Assembly (NCBI GenBank): GCA_040954595.2
Contig: CM082580.2
Coordinates: forward strand, 5,756,783-5,820,782
Source: Balanoglossus misakiensis
Taxonomy: Eukaryota > Animalia > Hemichordata
DNA length: 64,000 nucleotides
Direction of reading: 5' to 3'
Shown here: positions 23,128 to 36,116 of the stretch, one piece after another
Layout: the number at the start of each line of letters is the position of its first letter
How positions within the stretch are numbered: position 1 is the stretch's first letter
Program-made: the position numbers and the translations under genes
Notes under the pieces: generated by a model
The model's database searches: none
The model's input: only the letters and a program-made list of their open reading frames with translations
Told to the model about the DNA's origin: nothing

Positions 23128-25269
23128 ATGAGTTATTGGCTGATTATGAGTATGCTGCTTGGATTTGCCCACACCAACACTGCACAAGTGACTGATGGGG
23201 ACCAATGTCTGAGTATTTGCCCGGACTCATGGCCTGATATGAGAACTGGTCAAACGGGAATGCCAGGCCAACCAGGTCCAATTGGAAGACAAGGTAATAC
23301 TGCCCTCTATCAGGGAAACTTGGTTTCTTTGCCCCCTCTACAAAGGAAGTTTGTTTTGTACAAATAAAGCTGAGTGATTGAACTTCTGTGAATGGACCAG
23401 AGGCGTGGGTGTATCTGTATGTAGAACTTTTGAAAAACAAATTCTGCCTCCAGATGTAATTTAATAGCCTACTTAAGGAATCATAATCTGAAGTTGAGAC
23501 ACAAAACAGATATTTCAGTGAATAAAAATAAAACTGTCACTAGCTGTCTCTTGAGTTCTGGCACATGACTTAGGCTGCATTCACAAACACCTCTGGAGGG
23601 GGGGGGGGGGCGGGAGAATTCAATTTTTTTTACCGCTAATTTTCACATGCCCCCCTTCCGAACTGCCAATATTTTCAAATCCCCCCCTTCCGAACTGCCA
23701 AAATTTTGAAATCCCCCCCCTCCCATTTTCTTTCACAGAGCAAAACACATCACCTATCTATCTTGTAAAAAGAAAAACAGCGCTCCCATGAAAAGCATTT
23801 GAAACTGATGTTTCCCCTCATCAGTGGGTATTAAAACTGAACATTGTTTTTATTTTTTAAGTACATATATTTGTATTCTGTGTTTGGAGACATTGTAAAC
23901 CGAGAATTGAAGGGGGTGGGTCTGGGAGGGGGTGTCCCCCTCCCACGTAAGAAAATTTACAGAGCTCAAAGCTGCATTTTAATGAACCCGGCAAAAGCAA
24001 ATTAACTCAACTACCGGTATGTTGGGGAGGACAAATTTAACCGTCGGCGCTCAAAGTTATCATGGGGTGGGGCAAGTCCCCTGACCTGGGACACTAGATA
24101 AACCAGTCAATGATTGAAAGGTGTTGATGATTGGAGGGGGTGGGTGTGGGAGGGGGTGTGCCCCTCCCACATTAGAAAAGTTTGTAAAATAAAGGGCGCG
24201 AAACTGCATTTTTGTGGACTCAAAATAAATATTTAGTCGTTAAAGTTTTCAAGATCCCCCCTTTCAGTCCCTAAATTATTTCAAATCCCCCCCTCACATA
24301 CCCTGAATTTTTTCAAATCCCCCCCCCTCAATTCTCCTGCCCCCCCCCCCCCCTCCAGAGGTGTTTGTGAATGCAGCCTTACTGGCAATTGTTCTACTTT
24401 TTGTAGGTCAGCCTGGTGTGATAGGTCCTGCAGGGAGTCCAGGGGTCAAAGGTGAACCAGGGGAGAAGGGAGAGAAGGGCAATTTGGCCGCCAAAGGAGA
24501 AACAGGTAGTTGTCATCAATAATAAAGTATTGGAAACATGCTTCACAATGTTTTAATAATAAAAAAAAACACATTTCAAAGTAGAATTCTTTCCATTTTT
24601 AAAGAGTTGAAATATTTTTGAGACTTTTGAAGACCCAACATATATGTACATGCCCTGCAGGTGTAATCTGATCTGCAAATTGTTTTGTCTTGAACACTTG
24701 AAGGTCACCCAGGTGCCAAAGGTCAAACTGGTTTTCCTGGAAAGATTGGTCCACAGGGTCCAAAAGGTGAGAGTGGCCAGAATGGAACTGATGGCGTCAA
24801 AGGTGAAACTGGAGAACATGGGGTCAAAGGTCAGAAAGGTGAAGTGGGTGAGGTACAACAAGCCAAGGTGGCATTCTCTGTTGGAAGGAAATCTAGCGTC
24901 ATTGGGACCAATTCAGAGCAAACTATCACCTATACTGATGTGATAGTACAAGAAGTACGTGCCAATATTGATATCAATACTGGTGTGTTCACTTGTCAAG
25001 TTCCTGGTATCTATTATTTCTCTTTCTCATTCCGTTCATACAGTGATAAAGCCCTGTACATACAACTCAAACAGAATGATGAATACAAGTTTACACTTTA
25101 TCGGTCAACCGCTTCAGGATATGATGTTCACTCACAGAGTGGCATGTTACACCTGAACCAAGGTGATCAAGTCAAATTAGTGATGCCCATTTGTGGCAGT
25201 TGCCGTGCACACAATTGTGATCCAAACCATTGCAACACATTCAATGGGTACCTAATCTACCCTGACTAA
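23128..25269 (+). CDS. Collagen + gC1q domain protein, copy 2, ~276 aa
   Basis: Exons 23128-23293, 24407-24505, 24704-25269. Same architecture as copy 1 and intact. Confidence 0.93.
23573..24378. mobile_element. PIF/Harbinger (Tourist-like) MITE, 806 bp
   Basis: TIR ggctgcattcacaaacacctctggagggggg / ccccctccagaggtgtttgtgaatgcagcc with TTA target-site duplication (23570-72, 24379-81). The empty site gacTTActgg is seen in copy 3. Confidence 0.92.
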
Positions 25270-27387
25270 ACAATCACAATGAAGTAGCAGTCGGTACCCA
25301 GTTCAGTCATTGCAAATATCCATTTTGTGGAAGCTTCAGGTCTGACTGGCAAAATACACTTTTGATCTCATGCACTACAACATCAGACACAACAATATTT
25401 TTTTTAATTGGAGAAATGATTGTTTTAAATCATAAATTCATAACATGATTAATTGGATTCAAGTAGTGTTTGTTTCTTGTAAATCCTTTATGACCATATA
25501 ACTAGTTTTCAACATTTTTATTATTTTATTTCACTTTAGAAATATGTAAGGATATGACCAGCAATAGTTACAGTCGGAACTACTGTAGTGGTGTATTGTA
25601 TACATAAGTATATTTCCAAAATTGTAGACATATATTTACCAATTGTGACAGATTGGATAGAAAGCTCTAGCAAAAGATTATCATGATTATCGAATTAAAT
25701 TTTACTAAACCATTTTCATTTCCGTGGTTCCCCAAACACTTTCATCAATAGTTTCATTTTTTTAAAATTCTCATCATTTAATGTATATTCAACTATACCT
25801 TTTTACATTTAAATCACATTATTTCAACCATTTCACAACCATAGAAGGTCAGGCCAGCCAAACCTACCATGAGAACATGGCCGTTATGTGAACATATGTC
25901 AATTTAGAATTTGTTAGAAGAATTAGAATAAAACAATGAACAACGCTTATCATGTCACTTTAGTTTATTTTTGCAAAATTTGAAAGATCACGATCAAATT
26001 CTGTACATAGTTACAATATTAAATAACAACTGTTTGCATATCACACACATGTAGGATTTGAGTATCTCTGTGGGCCCAAGGTAACCATGGTAATTACCTG
26101 GCAAAGCTGATAACATTTGACATTATTTTGTTTATTTTAATTTCTTTGATGGTCTTTTCATGTTGTTCTCACTGAATTATGCCAAGTGACTACTTCTTTC
26201 ACCTCAGCCACAAATGGGTATGATGAGAATACAATACGTCTACATGATAATTTTTGGTACTGACAAAAAATGAAACGGTTTGTGTGTAATATCCATGTAT
26301 GGGTTGTGAACTGAGCCCTGACAACCGTGTCAGTGAGCATGTTTCTGTATCTGTAGAATACCATATAAATGTCATAAGTTAGCAACTTTTGTCCCTTTAA
26401 TCTCTGGTGGCCGTGACTGTACTTTCACTGATAAGGTGCTTTCATTTTCTTTCTTTTTCTTAATGATATTTCCTTTCATGATATTTTTTGCATGGTAGCT
26501 GCATGGTTCAATCTAAACTTGTTTGAGCATCATTATGGTTTGGAAACCAAACAGCGCCACCAAACCTCAAATACTTGTGGCCTTTTGTTTTTATATAGCA
26601 GGCTTTAAGAAACCACACTTGCAATTGTTAGATTTTATGTCTTGTTTATCAACATGCTACTGATATTTACTCTGTAATTTATCTTGACCAAAGTTATGTG
26701 ATGTCCACATCACTCATTGCCGAAACAGGGTTGTTATTTAGATCTGTAATATTTATCAGTATATGACACTGACAGAATAGTGTAGTATACAATGGCATAT
26801 TTAAATTATTATAATAGAAATCACACCAAATTAAAGCACAGAGTGATACGTTATGTAGCACTTGATTATCATCCAATTATTATCAAAAATTGTAAACAGC
26901 AAATCTCAAAATACACGCTGCAAACAGCACAAACATTGTTTACATCATCAAGGGAGAATGTATGACAGGCATGCTATTTTTGTAGTCACCAGCAGTTGGT
27001 GGCCATATATGGTGAGAAATTTGCTAGTTTTGGTATTCCACTTTACTGCAGAATGGAGGTAGAATTATTTATCAGCAACTGATGTGCACAAGGAAATGAT
27101 ATAGTATATCTCACCTTGGGATTAGAAACTTTTTTTCAAGTTTGAAAAGTTGACATTTTGCAAAGTTAATTTATGAAAGATATATAAAGGTCCACAACTG
27201 TGTAACAGCTTCACTTAAAATCTCCCCACGAAAAAGTGGACTTGCTGATATGTAAATTACATGATACCAAAACAACAACCAGTTTCTTAAACGTTCACCA
27301 AGAAACAACTGCTGCGTTGAAGACTTGGCAGAATTCAAGAAAGAGTCTGGCATATCTACATCTTTTGTGTTTGGAGACATACAAGGA

Positions 27388-29232
27388 ATGGCGCAAGCAA
27401 GGTAGACTTATAAATTCCTATAATTGCAGTGATCATAAATATATATGACGGTCATAATATGCTGATGATTAAAGAGAATTAATGAGATAAAAATAAAAAT
27501 TTCTCTATTAATTATCGAGTTCAGAATCCCCTAAAACTGTATATTTTCTTAAAGCTGAGATATAGGAGAACATTTTGGTTACTTCAGTGTGACTATTATT
27601 TGCACAACTATCACGTGACAAGCAATTACCTTCCAAAAACAGGTTTTCTCGATGTTTTGTGTTAACGCTTTGAGATATCTGGCTTAAATTTGTGTGAATG
27701 CAAGCTAGCTGTCGTAACTCTGTATCACAGAGTTTTTTCAAAACTATCTAGCCTAATTGATAGATCAAACTTTCGATAGACCAGGTCACCAGGGTTTACT
27801 AGTATTCACTGCTCCGGAAACTCTCTAAATAAATCTCAAACTCTGGTCTAACACCATTTTGATGTTTCACACCCAGCTTGAGTTATTGGCTGATTATGAG
27901 TATGCTGCTTGGATTTGTCCACACCAACACTGCACAAGTGACTGATGGGGACCAATGTGTGAGTATTTGCCCGGACTCATGGCCTGATATGAGAACTGGT
28001 CAAACGGGAATGCAAGGCCAACCAGGTCCAATTGGAAGACAAGGTAATACTGCCCTCTTTTGGAGAAACTTAGTTTCTTTGCCTTGTGTAGCAAGGATGT
28101 TCGTTTGGTACAAATGAAGCTGAGTGATTGAACTTCTGTGAGTGGACCAGAGGCATGGGTGTATCTGTATGTAGAACTTTTGAAAAACAAATTCTGCCTC
28201 CAGATGTAATTTAATAGCCTACACTTAAGGAATCATAATCTGAAGTTGAGACACAAAACAGATATTTCAGTGAATAAAAATAACAAAACTGTCACTAGCT
28301 GTCTCTTGAGTTCTGGCACATGACTTACTGGCAATTGTTCTACTTTTTGTAGGTCAGCCTGGTGTGATAGGTCCTGTAGGGAGTCCAGGGGTCAAAGGTG
28401 AACCAGGGGAGAAGGGAGAGAAGGGCAATTTGGCCGCCAAAGGAGAAACAGGTAGTTGTCATCAATAACAAGATAATCATGCAAGAATACAACTTTTAAA
28501 AGTGGAAAAATGCTACAAAATGTTTTAATAATTAAGAAAAACATTTCAAAGTAGAATTCTTTCCATTTTTAAAGAGTTGAAATATGAGACTTTTGAAGAC
28601 CCAACGTATATGTACATGCCCTGCAGGTATTATCTGATCAGCAAATTGTTTTGTCTTGAACACTTGAAGGTCACCCTGGTGTCAAAGGTCAAACTGGTTT
28701 TCCTGGAAAGATTGGTCCACAGGGTCCAACAGGTGAGAGTGGCCAGAATGGAACTGATGGTGTCAAGGGTGAAACTGGAGAAGTTGGGGTCAAAGGTCAG
28801 AAAGGTGAAGTGGGTGAAGTACAGCAAGCCAAGGTGGCATTCTGTGTAGGAAGGAGATCTGAGGTCATTGGGACCAATGAATGGCAAACTATCACCTATA
28901 CTCATGTGATAGTACAAGAAGGTGCCAATATTGATATCAACACTGGTGTGTTCACTTGTCAAGTTCCAGGCATCTATTATTTCTCTTTCTCATTCCGTTC
29001 ATACAATGGTAAATACCTGTCCATACGGCTCAAACAGAATGATGAATACAAGTTTGAACTTCGTCGGCCAACTGCTTCAGGATATGATGTTCACTCACAG
29101 AGTGGCATGTTACACCTGAACCAAGGTGACCATGTCAAATTAGTGATGCCCAGTGGTGCCAGTTACCATACATACTTTTGTAATCAAGAGCATTGCAACA
29201 CATTCAATGGGTTCCTAGTCTACCCTGACTAA
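27388..29232 (+). CDS. Collagen + gC1q domain protein, copy 3, ~280 aa (start codon in the upstream exon)
   Basis: Exons 27388-27401 (ATG GCG CAA GCA AG), 27877-28043, 28353-28451, 28670-29232. The position of the copy 1/2 ATG reads TTG here, but splicing gives in-frame MAQASLSYWLIMSML. Confidence 0.88.
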
Positions 29233-30941
29233 ACAATCACAATGAAGTAGAAGTTGGTACCCAGTTCAGTCATTGCAACCATCCATTTTGTGGAAGCTTC
29301 AGGTCTGACTGGCAAAATACACTTTTGATCTCATGCACTACAACATCAGACACAACAATATTTTTTTTAATTGGAGAAATGATTGTTTTAAATCATAAAT
29401 TCGTAACATGATTTATTGGATCCAAGTAGTGTTTGTTTCTTGTTTGTTTTCTAGAAATCCTTGATGACAATATAACTAGTTTTCAACTTTTTTATTATTT
29501 TATTTCACTTTAGAAATATGTAAGGATATAACCAGCAATAGTTACAGTCGGAACTACTGTAGTGGTGTATTGTATACGTAAGTATATTTCCAAAATTGTA
29601 GAAATATATTTTCACCAATTGTGACAGATTGGATAGGAAGCTCTAGCAAAAGATTATCATGATTATCGAAATTAAATTTTACTAAACCATTTTCATTTCC
29701 ATGGTTCACCAAACACTTTCATCAATAGTTTCATTTTTTTTAAATTCTCACCATTTAATGTATATTTCAAATATACCTTTTTACATTTAAATCACATTAT
29801 TTCAACCATTTCACCACCATAGGTCAGGCCAGCCCAACCTACCATGAGAACATGGCCGTTATCTATACAGCACTGTTCTTTAAAAATTTATGTGAACATA
29901 TGTCAACATATGTAGAATTTGTTAGAAGAATTAGAATAAAACAATGAACAACAGTAATCATGTCACTTTAATTTATTTTTCAAAAATTTGAAAGATCACG
30001 ATCAAATTCCGTACATAGTTACAATATTAAATAATTGTTTGCATATCACACAAATGTAGGGTTGAGTATATCCCTTGGCCCAAGGTAACCATGGTAATTA
30101 TCATGACAAAGTTGTTAGATAACTTTTGACATTTTTTTGTTCAATTTAATTTCATTTGATGGTCTATTCATGTTGTTCTCACTGAATTATGCCAAGTGAC
30201 TACACTTAAGCCACACATGGGTATGATGAGAATACAATACGTCTGCATGATAATTTTTGGTACTGACAAAAAATTAAACGGTTTGTGTGTAATATCCATG
30301 TATGGTTGTGAACTGAGCCCTGACAACTGGTCAGTGAGCATATTTCCGTGTCAGTAGAACACCATATACCGGTAAATGTCAAAAGTTAGCAACTTTTGTC
30401 CCTTTAATCTCTGGTGGCCGTGACAGTACGTTCACTGCTTTCATTTTCTTAATGATTTTTTCGTTCATATTTTTTGCATGGCAGCTGTGTGTGTTTGAAT
30501 CTGAAGTTGAAATGTCTTCTTAATGCTTCTGCTGATGATGCTTGGAAATCATTACAGACGAAGGAGGTAGACAACATTTCTTTAATGAACGCGTCTTTCT
30601 TCAACAATGTATAATAGGGAAACGAGAAACAAAAATGTATACATCTCTCAATGTGCAAGACACATCCCACAGCACTTGTTGAAAACCAGTTTGCATTTTA
30701 TTTAAATACGTCCACTTACAAAGTAAATTTTGCTTTCCAACAAGCTTCACAAAGATTTTTCTTTCATGGGCAACTTTCTTCTCTAAAAATAAACAAAAAA
30801 ACAAAACAAAAGTGAACAGAACGCGACAATATGTTGGGAACACGGATTTTGTTGTACGACCAGGCGGCAAATGGATCTTGCCAACCATCCACACATCTGA
30901 CAGCTGAAAAGTTGTGCAAACAGAATCCCTTGGGTTCCTTG

Positions 30942-33900
30942 TTAATACATCGTGTCTGTATTGGACCCCCTCGGTTTTTTTATCTTTTCCAAATTCTTCG
31001 TTATCAGGTCGTACAGCGATGACTGCAGTAAATAGAAAGAGAACAAGGTTGAGATTTAGAATTGCACCCACATAATGTACTATGGCGTACATACCACGTA
31101 CAGAAAATGCATTTTGGACGTTAGCGCAAGCTTGTATGCGCTCCTAGATGTTCTATATGCGAATTAACCCGCCCCTCATCTTACTCATGAATATTGGACC
31201 ATATTGGCATTGTATGCAGTATGAAAGTTCCATTCCTTATCGACAGGCACAGCGACTGCCATAGAGTCTAGGTTGAGATCAACAACTTCCTGCTTTTCAT
31301 TCAAGTCATATGAATATTTTTCGTTCGATTACACCTAGTCAGACCCACGGCCAGACAACTATCATTCTGTGTCTGAATTTTTGAGTCTGAATCAAAAAAA
31401 GACACCCAAAACCTTCCACAAAGACAAACAATTTGCTCACGTAATGATTTCTCAGTTCCAAGAGCACGAGTCGCAGACTGACGAACTCCTTCTCGTCCAG
31501 TTCGATAATTGTCTGTCTGTAGTCTTCTACGTGAGGGTACTTGGCTACTTTGGAAACTATTTTGCCTCTGGTGATGAAGTAGCGCGACACCTGGTCCAAG
31601 TACGACGCTGCCTCGCTCTCCACCTGTCGGATTTCACTCAACGTATCTTCCTGCAGTGGAGGAAACAAACAAACAAATCCACCGTTAAAGGGACAAAGTC
31701 TCTCTCTCCTCGCTGCCATTTTTCCATTAATTATGTTTGATACAAGACACCATTTATGTTATTCTACATGTGAATATATAGTGAATCAACGTTCGACCAC
31801 ACACAACTTCCGTCCCGTTTGTAGGATATGAGAGAAAAAATCTTGCCAAAATGAATAAATGGTAGAGACGAATTATTCATTTTGGCCAGTTTTTCACTCT
31901 TGTCTCTACAAGTGGGATGGAAGTTGTGCGTGGTTGAACGTTGATTCACTATATATTCACATGTAGAATAACATAAATGGTGTCTTGTATCAAACATAAT
32001 TAATGGAATAGGGGCAGCGAGAGAGAGACTTTGTCCCTTTAAACTTACAGACTGTAAACCGGCAAATACAGCAGAAAAACATCAGTTTCAACACTACCAT
32101 CCTTCCTCTTTTCAATAAAATACACTTGCACCAGTTATTACGTGGACATTTCACATACCTGGACGGAAACTCCAAAATTATTCCCGTCTTCAATTTTTGG
32201 TATCGAAAGCTGAACCCACATCTTGATGAGGTTGCACTTGTCGATGAGGGTGCAGATGCTCGGTTTTAGCGTCGCCACCATTCCGAGGATATGGTGATTA
32301 CACGGTACAGTACCACCGGGCAGACTGATCACTTTCGTGCCTGACGTGGACGCAAGCATGAAAGAGAAACAAGTCATTGTCAATGACACAGTCCACGCTG
32401 GGGTAAGAGATTACAGATTCGGGGGAATCATTATGGAATGAAACCAGCCACGGCAGGGTTGAAAAAAAAATGGCTATGAAAATGGTTCCAACAAAGTATT
32501 GATTAAACTGGCACTACTTTCTAGTGAACCACCATATTGCATTGACAAATTAGCATGCATCGTACTACATTGTCCTTGTACCAAGTCTGAATGGAATTCA
32601 ATGGTTCTTGACAACAGTGAAAAAATTATAACAACATGGCTACCCAGTAGCCACACTGGATTGTATCACAAATTAATTGATGTGCATGGGTACACATCAT
32701 GGTATGGCTGAACTGTTTGGTAATTCTGAAATTCTTAAACCGAAAATCATGTCAGGTCGTTAAGTCAGCTTGCAGTGGATAAATTAATTGTGGGTTTAAC
32801 CGTACTAATAGTTCAAATGATTCACACTTTACCCTGAATACTGTCATTTTCCTCGACCTTTCTTTTCTTCAGCGGCGGATTTCCCTGTGGAGATAAATAA
32901 AATACGACTACACTCAACTTCAGTATCTGTAAAAGACACCTTTAAAGGTATACGGTCACCTATGGAAAATTAGCTTATAGTTACCATGGCAATTTGAGAT
33001 CTAGCCAATCACAGATTTACAGTGGGTGGCACACGCGAAAAAAAGAGCGCCAGCATATGTTCTTTAGAATGCCCAAATACTCCATTTCAGCCATATATGG
33101 GCGTATGTAAATTGGGGGTGACTGTATACCTTTAAGGGAATTATTAGAACACAATGTTCAATTTGACCTGACACCACACTCCTATTGGGATAAACTAAGT
33201 GTAATCTCAGTCTTACCTCATGACTGTTGATAAGTACGGGATCTGGTACAGGAATGTTCAGTTTCACATTTATTTTGCTCATATTGCTCATGCTGAACAT
33301 TTCCCCCTGACAAGAAAAACAAAACATCAATAAGTTGTAACAGCCAATTATTTGCACTCTTACAAGACTCATTAGCAAACATTTGAGACACAACAGCCGA
33401 TTGGCTTATAGCAACGGTCGCTGCAACATACTAGCCTAAAGAAACACCTTTGACAATATCTTCTCTTGGAAAAATTTTTCCACTACAATGGCAGTTTCAA
33501 CATTGTTATTCAACAAAAAACAGCCATGTGTAACTTCAAAACGTTCCAGGGCAACAAATGACAGGCCTTCTCAGATTCCAAAATTATAATTGAACAGGAA
33601 ATTTTATCCTGAGATGTGCACTTACCTTGGACATTTCATCCAATTCTGTTACTTTATTCGGAAAGAATTCCATTACTTGCTTTTCTGCCTGTAAAGGAGA
33701 ATGCAATTGAAATCTGAAAAATATCATGAAATCAGAAAATGATTCCTTTTGCTACTTTTTATAAAATATGCACCAATATACTTCTTATTTGCCAAGTTGT
33801 GTTAAAGTTGAACCACATCACCATACTGTTACATGTAAGAATGATGGAATTGCACCAAGCTTAGGTAGTAAAACAAGTATTGTTTATGCACTGTTCTAAA

Positions 33901-34815
33901 TGAAATTAAAAAAAAGATCCTAATTAAACATCTGTTGTTGAGTTCGACTTGTAGATTAGAAATGCCAGAAACAGAAATTCATGATTCAAACACTTACTCA
34001 AACACATGTGTTTTCCATAAAACTCCCCAAAATTCATACTCACCTCTGCGAAAAATTCATCTTTAAATTTTGCCATCTGTGGAAAAAATTAATCTGTGTT
34101 AATGTATTCTACCTGTGAAGTTTGAGAGTACTAGTATATGGTTGTAGTAGACAAAATTGGAACAATCAAAAGAACGCTTTTATACATCAAGAGACCAAGT
34201 GTTCGAAGGGGCAATGGATTTTCAAACTGCTATGGTTATCGATGTCACTGCATTTGTAGTCTGGAATTTGATGTCTGTCTGAACACTGGGGGGTAAGGAT
34301 TTCATTTATTTGCTTGTTTGTTTCCTTATGTATTGATTTGTTTTTATTTATTATGTCGAATGCACTTAACAAACAAACAAGTAAATAAATAAATTATTGG
34401 CAGTCAGTGTGTGGAGTGACCGTGCATGTACATAAACACAAGCAGTTCTTTATTGATTGTGTTTATATAGACTTATAGACTTGCAAATGGTACATTTCTT
34501 CCGGTGAGGTGTCTGGTCATGTAAATATAAATAAACACATCTGTCTATTCACATGTCGCACAATCTCGAGCCATAAAGCCCCGGCGGTAAAAACGAGCCA
34601 GTGTATCCAAAGAACTGTGATCCAAACAGTGTCCCTGTGAATGTAACATTTCACAGATCACACGAAGATGTGTACCATGGATGATTGTATACACATCCGG
34701 TTTGGTCCACGGCCCCACGCTTCCAGATGTCCTGGCAAAGAAAAGTGATTCATCTTTCAACTCAGCGTTCCGCTTTGGTCTTTACCTTATCGACTTTGTC
34801 TTCTGCCATTCCCAT
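30942..34815 (-). CDS. PSME3: Proteasome activator PA28-gamma/REG-gamma-like, 8 coding exons, ~246 aa
   Basis: Exons 34815(or 34809)-34786, 34076-34044, 33688-33626, 33306-33217, 32884-32833, 32340-32159, 31650-31441, 31022-30942. Motifs LNIPVPDP, NLS-like KKRK, KMWVQLSIPKIEDGNNFGVSVQE, SKVAKYPHVEDYR, LELRNHY, KNLEKIKKPR...MY*. Confidence 0.94.
31689..32038. mobile_element. Palindromic TTAA-target MITE (Kolobok/T2-like), family A copy 1, 350 bp
   Basis: TTAA|agggacaaagtctctctc...gagagagactttgtccct|TTAA. Nearly the whole element is an inverted repeat. A sibling lies at 54582. Confidence 0.88.
32946..33131. mobile_element. TTAA-target MITE (Kolobok/T2-like), family B copy 1, 186 bp
   Basis: TTAA|aggtatacggtcacc...ggtgactgtatacct|TTAA. 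An inverted sibling of the same length lies at 43701. Confidence 0.85.
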
Positions 34816-36116
34816 CAACAATCGCCCCCTGTACTAGCACGGTTTTAACGTGTAGGATCCAACACCACCGGCGACTCTCCAGTCTTTATGTATGTTGCAA
34901 TGTGCGCCAATTTTCCAATATCTGAATATTCACGAGGCATGCCCTTTGACCTCCGACCCCGGCCGCGGTCACCCGATGAACGTGAGAGGCGCTGTTTACA
35001 GGAGTAGAGATGATGAGAGAGAGAGAGAGATGCAGAAAAAGATGATATGTGCTAAGAACTCAGATGTCCACAGCGACGAATCCACACAATTATGGCGCAA
35101 TATGTGGTGCGTTGATCAGGTAGTATTATTACGTTGAATGTTGATCTATGTAGCGATGCCGACGAATGATTGATTTAGCTAGGCTTTCCTCTTCGACTTC
35201 TCGAGATGCGATGTGTCCATGATGGACCCGAATTGCCCCAATAAAAAGAGAAAATGGGACAAGTACTGGGCATGACAGCGTCTCCTTGATTATCGAAAAC
35301 ATGTGTGAAAGGCGCCGTACGAAACGCACCTTCCAGTACTTCTTGTTCTATCGTGCATCGGCAGTGCGCGACCTGACACCGTATGTGGCCGGGCGAATCA
35401 TCGATTGATCAATGCCCTGTATGCGCTAGGCACGGGCAGGACGTCAGCCACCGACCGCGGGAGTGCCGTGCATGAATGAATATACGTCAACTGTCACACA
35501 CTCTGCTGACCTCCACACAGTACATGTATTACTAGTCCCGCTCGCAACGTGCCCTACATTCTTGGTGTTATGTGTCCAGGGCAGATGTTTTAACTGCCGC
35601 AGTACAGCCAGCGAACATTTCGCCATGTCAACCAGTACAAGTAGACGTCAGTGAGGGTAGGTAAACCATGAAAGTGCCCTTTCTCTATCTCTCATCGAAA
35701 CTTAGGCATTTTTCTGCTCTTGCGTAGAACTTTTGCTAAATCAAAACATGGGAAATGTGTAATGAATAATGTGTACCATGTAAATCGTTTATGCAAATGT
35801 AAATTTATTGGATCTTGCAAACACTCTTTTTATTTAACATTTTTTGTTGTTGTTAGGATTAATATGTCTTGTTTTTCACGATTATGGCTACAGAAATACA
35901 TGGATACCTAAAATCTGACCAATCACAGCTGCATGGTAAAAAGCGGATCATTGCATGAGATACACTGAGAAACGACACCTCTTTTACATGTTGAATAAAT
36001 GGGCATGTGTAAATTTTAGGTTACTATACACCTTTGACATACTATATACTTTGCTTTTGTTTCTACAGTGCATATGTTTTACCTATCACACCAGCAGCTA
36101 CTCTTGCAAAGTGAAT

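Larger units (their letters stand above)
17451..30440. repeat. Tandem segmental triplication (units ~17451-21530, 21531-26360, 26361-30360, plus a short terminal repeat), each carrying one C1q gene
   Basis: Boundary sequence caccatat(a)aatgtca-aagttagcaacttttgtccctttaatctctggtggccgtgac recurs at ~17451, 21531, 26360 and 30360. Upstream regions, introns and 3' flanks are near-identical between units. Confidence 0.95.

Noticed and set aside
27878-29232. C1q copy 3 as a pseudogene (ATG>TTG)
   Set aside because: An in-frame ATG exists in the upstream exon (27388) and all coding exons are intact.
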